From positions 32,001-96,000 of the forward strand of contig JBHHVU010000004.1 of assembly GCA_046754465.1 (NCBI GenBank): a DNA stretch of 64,000 bases, written 5' to 3'. This DNA comes from Nitrospinaceae bacterium (GTDB lineage: Bacteria; Nitrospinota; Nitrospinia; Nitrospinales; VA-1). The position numbers and the translations under genes were made by a program. The notes below the pieces were generated by a model. The model searched no databases. It was not told where the DNA came from and saw only the letters and a list, made by a program, of their open reading frames with translations. Shown one piece after another: positions 58,162-64,000 of this stretch (position 1 is its first letter; the number at the start of each line of letters is the position of its first letter).

Positions 58162-58383
58162 ATGGCGACTCTTGAACAATTGAAGAAGCATATCGCGAAA
58201 TCCAAAAACGACTTGACGGAAAATATCAAAAAAGCCGAGGATCCGGGAAAGTGTGTTGAAGTCAGGAAAATAAAGAAGAGGGTCAAGCGTCTTACCCGAA
58301 AAGTCGCGAAAATCGCATATTTTGAAAAGAAAGCCGAGGAAAGGAAGAAATCCAAAAAGGATAGAAAGGCCGCGGCTTCCTGA
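58162..58383 (+). CDS. Small, highly basic helical protein of unknown function
   Basis: 73 aa with 20 K + 6 R; AAGGA RBS; fills the gap directly upstream of gatC. Confidence 0.72.
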   Translation: MATLEQLKKHIAKSKNDLTENIKKAEDPGKCVEVRKIKKRVKRLTRKVAKIAYFEKKAEERKKSKKDRKAAAS

Positions 58384-58415
58384 TACTTTTTTACACTTAT
58401 CCCCACCCGTCTCTC

Positions 58416-58697
58416 ATGTCCGGTAAATTCGATATTGACCGCATCGCCGCACTTTCCCGTCTCCGGCTCACCGATTCAGAGAAAGAGCGTTTGGGCCAAC
58501 ACCTGGAAACCATCATCGAGTACATCGATCTGCTCAACCAACTGGAGACGTCGCATGTGGAGCCGACGTCTCATGTGATCCCCATTCAAAATGTATTTCG
58601 GGAAGATGTTCCGCGAAAAAGCCTGCCGGAAAAGGATTTCCTTTCCCAGGCTCCGGCCGGCAAAAAGGGGCATTACCAAGTGCCCCGGATCATTTAG
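58416..58697 (+). CDS. gatC: Asp/Glu-tRNA amidotransferase subunit C
   Basis: IAALSRL, VEPTSHV, NVFRED, YQVPRII; upstream of gatA. Confidence 0.93.
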   Translation: MSGKFDIDRIAALSRLRLTDSEKERLGQHLETIIEYIDLLNQLETSHVEPTSHVIPIQNVFREDVPRKSLPEKDFLSQAPAGKKGHYQVPRII

Positions 58698-58705
58698 TTT
58701 CAGCG

Positions 58706-60160
58706 ATGCATCGAGCGACTCTCCTCCAGGCCAAGGCCGATCTCAGGCAAAAAAAATATTCGGCGGAAGAACTGACCCGGGCGGTCTACCAGCGCATCGA
58801 GGCGGTGGAAGACCGGGTGCGGGCCTACGTCCACCTGACCCGGGACCTGGCGCTGGAACAGGCCCGGGCGGCCGATAAAAAAATCGCCGCCGGGGAGGAT
58901 GCGCCCCTCCTGGGAATTCCCCTTGCGTTGAAAGACCTGATTTGTTTGGAAGGCACCCGCACGACCTGTGCATCCCGCATTCTGGACCAATTTGTTTCTC
59001 CTTACGACGCCACGGCGGCGGCCCGGTTGAAAGCCTCCGGAGCGGTGATCGTGGGAAAAACCAACATGGACGAGTTCGCCATGGGTTCCTCCACCGAAAA
59101 TTCCTGGCATCACCCAACGATGAATCCCTGGAAGATGGACCGGGTGCCGGGGGGGTCCAGCGGCGGGTCCGCCGCCGCGGTGGCTGCGCACGAATGCCTG
59201 GCCTCGCTGGGCAGCGATACCGGCGGCTCCATCCGCCAGCCGGCAGGATTTTGCGGGGTGACCGGACTCAAACCCACCTATGGAAGGGTTTCCCGGTTTG
59301 GGCTGGTTGCTTTCGCCTCTTCATTCGACCAGATTGGGCCCCTGACCAAGACCGTGGAGGACGCCGCCTGGATCCTGAACGTGATCGGGGGCAAGGATCC
59401 GATGGATTCGACCTCCGCAGAGGTACCATTGCCCGATTTCACCCAGGCCCTCAACCGGGGCGTGCAAGGGCTCAGGATGGGCATCCCAAAGGAATATTTT
59501 ACTTCTGGCATTTCTCCCGAGGTGGAGCAGGCCATTCTGGAAGCCGTGAAAACTCTTGAATCCCTGGGCATGGAAAAGGTCGAGGTGTCCCTTCCCCACA
59601 CCAAATACGCGGTGGCCACCTATTACATCCTGGCCTGCGCCGAGGCCAGCACTAACCTCTCCCGGTACGACGGCGTCAAATACGGTTACCGATCGCAACA
59701 ATCCGGCAATCTGTTGGATATGTACATGAACACCCGCGAGGAGGGATTCGGGGAAGAGGTGAAACGGCGGATCATGCTGGGGACCTTCGTTCTCAGTTCC
59801 GGTTATTATGACGCCTATTACCTGAAGGGACAGAAAGTGCGGACATTGATCAAGAATGATTTTGAGGAGGCTTACAAAAAATGCGACCTGATCATCGCAC
59901 CCATTTCCCCGGTTCCCCCTTTCAAGCTGGGCGAAAAAATGGACGATCCGTTACAGATGTATTTGTCGGACATCTTTACTATCTCCGCGAACCTGGCGGG
60001 AATCCCGGCCCTGTCCATTCCCTGCGGCTTTACCTCGGGGGAGGGGTTGCCGATCGGGTTGCAGTTGATGGGGCGGCACTTCGACGAAGCAACCCTGCTG
60101 ACCGCCGGGCACGCCTTCCAGAAAAACACCGATTTCCATCTCCGGTCCGTCCCGATTTGA
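58706..60160 (+). CDS. gatA: Asp/Glu-tRNA amidotransferase subunit A
   Basis: [59 protein letters not shown]. Confidence 0.97.
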   Translation: MHRATLLQAKADLRQKKYSAEELTRAVYQRIEAVEDRVRAYVHLTRDLALEQARAADKKIAAGEDAPLLGIPLALKDLICLEGTRTTCASRILDQFVSPYDATAAARLKASGAVIVGKTNMDEFAMGSSTENSWHHPTMNPWKMDRVPGGSSGGSAAAVAAHECLASLGSDTGGSIRQPAGFCGVTGLKPTYGRVSRFGLVAFASSFDQIGPLTKTVEDAAWILNVIGGKDPMDSTSAEVPLPDFTQALNRGVQGLRMGIPKEYFTSGISPEVEQAILEAVKTLESLGMEKVEVSLPHTKYAVATYYILACAEASTNLSRYDGVKYGYRSQQSGNLLDMYMNTREEGFGEEVKRRIMLGTFVLSSGYYDAYYLKGQKVRTLIKNDFEEAYKKCDLIIAPISPVPPFKLGEKMDDPLQMYLSDIFTISANLAGIPALSIPCGFTSGEGLPIGLQLMGRHFDEATLLTAGHAFQKNTDFHLRSVPI

Positions 60161-60222
60161 AAGCGCCAAAAGATAAAATGCCTGTTTAGGCTTGTTGGCA
60201 TGAATCCGCGATATTCCAGGAT

Positions 60223-61167
60223 TCAAAGCCCGGCCCCGGAGAGGAGGCGGGCGGCCAATTCCTCGGCGAACAGGTCCAGGTACTGGGGGGACGCGGCGGA
60301 AAGATGGGGCTGGATCAGTACGTTGTCCTGGATCCAAAGCGGTGAATCCTCGGGCAGGGGTTCCGATTCAAACACATCCAGGTAGGCGCCGGCGATTTCC
60401 CGGTGGGCCAACGCCTCGGCCAGGTGGCGTTCCTTATAGACATTGCCCCGTCCGACATTGTACAGGTAGCAGGTGGAAGGGAGCATCCGAAAATGCTCCG
60501 GTCCGATCAATCCGCTGGTTTCGGGTCCACCGGGTAGAACGAGAATGAAATGGTCGGTTTCCTTCAAGACTTCGGGGAACCGGCTGGGAGTCACCACCTG
60601 GTCCCCCTCCTCGAAATAATCCGGTGTCCCGCCCGGGGATCGTCTCACCCCGGTGATCCGGCACCCGAAGGGCTTGATCGCCCTGCCAATGGCCTGGCCG
60701 ATTTTGCCGAACCCCAGGATGGTGACCCGGGAGCGGTAAAGGGACTGAATCTGTTGGGATATTTTTACCCGCGCCCATTTGCGTTGCTGCTGGGCTTTCC
60801 GGGACAATTCAAAGGCTTTGCAGAAATAGAAGATCGCGCCCAGCACGCTCTCCGCGATCATGGGGCCGTGAAATCCGCCGAAAAGAACTTTCACCCCGTC
60901 GCCGGGCGCGCATTCAATCCAGTCGGTCCCCGCGGCGGGCGTGGCAATCCATTCCAATCGGGGAGCCTTCTCCAGCCATTCTTTTTTGAAATACCACACC
61001 ACGGCCGCTTGCGACTGGGGAAGGTGCTCCAGGAATTCCCGGGAGTGGTGACAGATGTGAATTTCCAAATCCTGGACCTTCTCTTGGAGGATCTCCCGGT
61101 GCCGGGGTTTGAAGTTCCAGGCGTCCACATGGGGGTGGGTCAGGTAAACGAGAATGCTTTGGGCCAT
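60223..61167 (-). CDS. D-2-hydroxyacid dehydrogenase family protein
   Basis: GFGKIG Rossmann motif, NVGRG, LDVFESEPL, PHLSA; ATG 61167. Confidence 0.9.
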   Translation of the reverse strand: MAQSILVYLTHPHVDAWNFKPRHREILQEKVQDLEIHICHHSREFLEHLPQSQAAVVWYFKKEWLEKAPRLEWIATPAAGTDWIECAPGDGVKVLFGGFHGPMIAESVLGAIFYFCKAFELSRKAQQQRKWARVKISQQIQSLYRSRVTILGFGKIGQAIGRAIKPFGCRITGVRRSPGGTPDYFEEGDQVVTPSRFPEVLKETDHFILVLPGGPETSGLIGPEHFRMLPSTCYLYNVGRGNVYKERHLAEALAHREIAGAYLDVFESEPLPEDSPLWIQDNVLIQPHLSAASPQYLDLFAEELAARLLSGAGL

Positions 61168-61260
61168 GTTCTTCCGTTGGATGTTTCCGCGTTTGAGTTG
61201 GGCGGGGTGTTGCAGGCGGATTTTAACCAATGGCGGATGAATTGACCATAAAAATCCTGG

Positions 61261-61305
61261 AAAAGCAAAAACCGCTCAGAAGATGCAATTCCTGTCTGAG
61301 CGGTT
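61261..61305 (-). terminator. Intrinsic terminator downstream of 61387-61770
   Basis: 11-bp stem AACCGCTCAGA/TCTGAGCGGTT followed on the minus strand by TTTGCTTTT. Confidence 0.65.
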
Positions 61306-61386
61306 GTCGCTGAATCTGAAATCCCTGCTTCTTTATCCCAACGAATTCGGAGGATTTGGACCGCTGGGGTTTACTTTTCCTTGAGC

Positions 61387-61770
61387 TTATTCCATACAGT
61401 AAAAACGGACTTTGGCCTGGTCATCAGTATTTATAACCGTCGCGATATCATCCTGGGTCACGTTCATCCCTTGCATTTTAGCGGAAGAAAGGCTGTGCCT
61501 CAGTCCGTAGGCTTTGGCTTTTTTCCCTTCGATCCGGTCATTGAGAAACTCCTCGTTTCCCAAGATCACCTTAAGTTCTATTTCCGTATTGTCCAGGTTT
61601 TCGACCACAAAATCATTTTGGCAGCTGATAGCCATTCCCGGATGCAATACCACTGCTTCAGTGGAAGAATCTTCACTTCCCAAGAAGCCCTGGGAGGCGG
61701 AACAGGTGAACGCAAAACCGATCACGAAAAAGATTAAAGCCCCAAAAAATAAGGTTTTTTCCCCCCTCAT
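61387..61770 (-). CDS. Exported hypothetical protein (small beta-rich domain, two Cys)
   Basis: AGGAGG RBS, signal-peptide-like N-terminus, own terminator. Confidence 0.72.
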   Translation of the reverse strand: MRGEKTLFFGALIFFVIGFAFTCSASQGFLGSEDSSTEAVVLHPGMAISCQNDFVVENLDNTEIELKVILGNEEFLNDRIEGKKAKAYGLRHSLSSAKMQGMNVTQDDIATVINTDDQAKVRFYCME

Positions 61771-62126
61771 GGTATTTCCTCCTTTCTGGATTCAGAATTT
61801 CGGAACCATTAATTGCAGAGGCGGAGGGTTTGAGAGCTTATGCCTTCTTGGATGACGCCGCGGAGCCGTGGATTCTTTTTTTGTGGCCGGGCAGGGCGAT
61901 TTTGAACCGGAAGTTTTCGTCTGCATTCATCGGGAACGCCGGCGGCAGTCACCGGGTTCCGGAAGGGGGATCCGGCGACGGGTTTTGCCATTGAAAAAGA
62001 ATTGCTTTCGGATGGGGACGCTCCTATATTTTTAGTCATCACATCTTCGGGTTTTATCCCTTTATTGGTTTGGAGTTCCCAGGTCCTTTTTCGCGGAATG
62101 GGAATTCCAAAGCGGGAGGTGGTGTC

Positions 62127-63257
62127 ATGTTTTCTTTAACATTAAGGTGCCTGCTTTCATGTGCCATTGGGGTGCTTTTGCTGTTTCCTTGCGAATCCTC
62201 CCGAGCCCAGGTTCCGCCAAAAAAAATAGGGGTCCCTCCCAGGCTGGCCACGGATTATATTCATTCCGTCATCCAGGCTGGCCGGACATTTTATTCCAGG
62301 CAAATCGTCGAACGGTTGGGGAAGGCCATTTCCCTGCCCGCCACGGAAAACTGGGAAGCGGAGGATGCGCTTCCTTTACCAGCCCAGTTTCTTATCCTGT
62401 CTTCCCAGGTTTCCAACGCCAGGGGGATTGGGATGAAATATCGCCTGATCAGTTTGTCGCCGCTTAATGAAAAAAATTTCCCTCAATCGGAACTGGAGAA
62501 AATCGGGTTGCGGGAGGTCAGGACCAACCCGGACAAACCCTTTACCTGGCTCATTCGCAGGGAGGGGAAATGGAATTTCCAGGCGATTTATCCCGACCGG
62601 GCGGTGGCGCAATCTTGCGTTTCCTGCCACAATTCCCATCCCCGGTCCTCCAGGAACGATTTTGAGGTGGGCGATGTGATGGGGGGAATCGTGATCAACC
62701 TGCCCTTGAGGGGATATGGAAAACCCGGTGAAGAGGAGACTGTTTTAGTTCCGCCCGAGATCGTGGCGGATTATGTCCATTCGGTCATTGAATCCGACCG
62801 AACGGTTTATTCCAGGCACATTGTGGACCGGCTGCAAAATAAAAAAATTGTCGATGCGGCGGAAAACTGGAGGAAGAAGAACGCGCTGCCGTTGCCGGCG
62901 CAATTTTTACTGAACGTCAGCCTGCTGGTGAAGAAAAATAAACTGGGCATCGATTTTCGGTTGATCAGTCTTTGGCCGATCAATATTCATAACGGCGCCG
63001 CCAACGAGTTTGAAAGGGTGGGATTGGAGTCGGTGATCATCCACCCGCTGCGGCCCTATATTGGTAAGATGAAGGTGGGCAATACCCGGTATTTCCAGGC
63101 GGTTTATCCTGATTTTGCGATAACCCCGGCCTGCGTCAAATGCCATAATTCCCATTCCGCCAGCCCGAAAAAGGATTTCAAGCTGAACGACATCATGGGA
63201 GGAATTGTGGTGTCGTTTCCCATTCGGAAAACCGGGGCTGATCTATTCGCGGAATAG
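62127..63257 (+). CDS. Exported tandem DUF3365 (Tll0287-like) di-heme c protein
   Basis: Signal peptide and two homologous halves (DYxHSVI..RTxY...LPLPAQFL...RLISLxPxN...FQAxYPD.A...CxxCHNSH...GG) with CVSCH and CVKCH; GGAGG RBS. Confidence 0.85.
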   Translation: MFSLTLRCLLSCAIGVLLLFPCESSRAQVPPKKIGVPPRLATDYIHSVIQAGRTFYSRQIVERLGKAISLPATENWEAEDALPLPAQFLILSSQVSNARGIGMKYRLISLSPLNEKNFPQSELEKIGLREVRTNPDKPFTWLIRREGKWNFQAIYPDRAVAQSCVSCHNSHPRSSRNDFEVGDVMGGIVINLPLRGYGKPGEEETVLVPPEIVADYVHSVIESDRTVYSRHIVDRLQNKKIVDAAENWRKKNALPLPAQFLLNVSLLVKKNKLGIDFRLISLWPINIHNGAANEFERVGLESVIIHPLRPYIGKMKVGNTRYFQAVYPDFAITPACVKCHNSHSASPKKDFKLNDIMGGIVVSFPIRKTGADLFAE

Positions 63258-63321
63258 CACCCGAAAAGGCAAATGTGGAAAGGGGGACGCCAGGTGACCC
63301 GGCCGGAACGCGCCGGGTTCC

Positions 63322-63999
63322 TCAACGGGGCGGCGGGAGAATCGGCTTCCGAAGGTTGAGGCCGTGAGAGGTTTGCAGCTCCACCTCGGAGAGCAGAATG
63401 CTGGGGGTGATGCTGGACACGGGGAGGGCTCCCGATTCGGCGATACAGAATCCATTGGTCACCTGTGTATCGTCCCCAGTGGCGATGATGTGACTGATCA
63501 TGGAAAGGGGGGTACCCACGAACTCCACGCCGCGGGCCAGCTCTTCCCGTCCGTCGGGATAAACTTTGTATAAAAAGAGAGGTTTTCCTTTGAACACCTG
63601 GAAATCCCTCTTGTCCGTCTGGGTTTCCCCGCTGATCATCTCTTTAATGATCAGTCCGTAAGGTTTATTTCTTTTCTTGACTTCCTCTATCAATTTTTGA
63701 TTCAAGGCGGGCAGGGACAGCCTTTTTTCCGAAGTCACAATCAGGTTGCCCATCCGCGCGATAGGGAATTTGATGCCGTCGCTGCGGCCGTGTCCATTGG
63801 ATTTTTTGAATTTCAGAATCGGCGAGCGTGAAAGCAGGAAATTTTTTAGCACCCCCTGTTCGATGAGACGGACTTCCTCGCTTGGCTGGCCCTGGTCGTC
63901 GATCAGGTAATACCCCAACAGGTCCTGACCATTGAGGTTTTTTAACCGGGGGTTGTCCATCACCGTGATAAACGGCGGCAGGATGCGTTTCCCCAGTTT
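63322..63999 (-). CDS. TldD/PmbA family metalloprotease-like protein (C-terminal part; runs off window)
   Basis: YLIDDQG, LIEQGVLKNFLLSR, SNGHGR, ARMGNLIV, PDGREELARG, GFCIAESG.PVS..TPSIL; frame is open to the window end. Confidence 0.85.
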   Translation of the reverse strand, partial: KLGKRILPPFITVMDNPRLKNLNGQDLLGYYLIDDQGQPSEEVRLIEQGVLKNFLLSRSPILKFKKSNGHGRSDGIKFPIARMGNLIVTSEKRLSLPALNQKLIEEVKKRNKPYGLIIKEMISGETQTDKRDFQVFKGKPLFLYKVYPDGREELARGVEFVGTPLSMISHIIATGDDTQVTNGFCIAESGALPVSSITPSILLSEVELQTSHGLNLRKPILPPPR

Positions 64000-64000
64000 C

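Noticed and set aside
1..64000. CRISPR arrays, IS/transposases, integrases, prophage, retron/RT, rRNA, selenoprotein or frameshifted genes
   Set aside because: No regularly spaced repeats or hallmark proteins seen; identified CDS appear intact. Judged by eye only.

Overview
Mostly core-genome DNA (~55 CDS, densely packed) from a GC-rich diderm bacterium, since kdsA, lpxD and lolD/E are present. Gene content and order (rny-ygfA-6S-zapA-zapB-pheT, yggT-divIVA-yggU, SufU-type Suf, DUF3386, tandem DUF3365, 28-aa LRR proteins) suggest a Nitrospinota/Nitrospirota/deltaproteobacteria-like organism; this is inference only. Housekeeping genes: sufS (partial), sufU, proB, kdsA, rlmD, asnS, mtnA, accA, lpxD, lolD/E, lysS, rny, pheT, rnr, comEC, gatC/gatA. 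Signalling genes: REC-CheB, a FixL-like PAS kinase followed by a REC-kinase, REC-PP2C, and a pseudo-receiver. There are also several secreted or membrane repeat proteins (TPR, LRR, Kelch, HEAT). A 6S RNA is readable from its structure and synteny, with its own sigma70 promoter. I see no tRNA, rRNA, CRISPR array, transposase, integrase, reverse transcriptase or phage gene, and I cannot point to an unambiguous new system. Best leads: a secreted Cys-His-Glu transglutaminase-like/TPR/non-catalytic FGE-fold fusion overlapping a TatA-like micro-membrane protein; a stand-alone tandem DUF3365 di-heme protein; an unusually long, structured 6S-ygfA spacer; a pseudo-receiver coupled to kdsA; a PheT lacking B2; a very basic small protein leading gatCA; and many normally conserved operons that lack their usual partners here.
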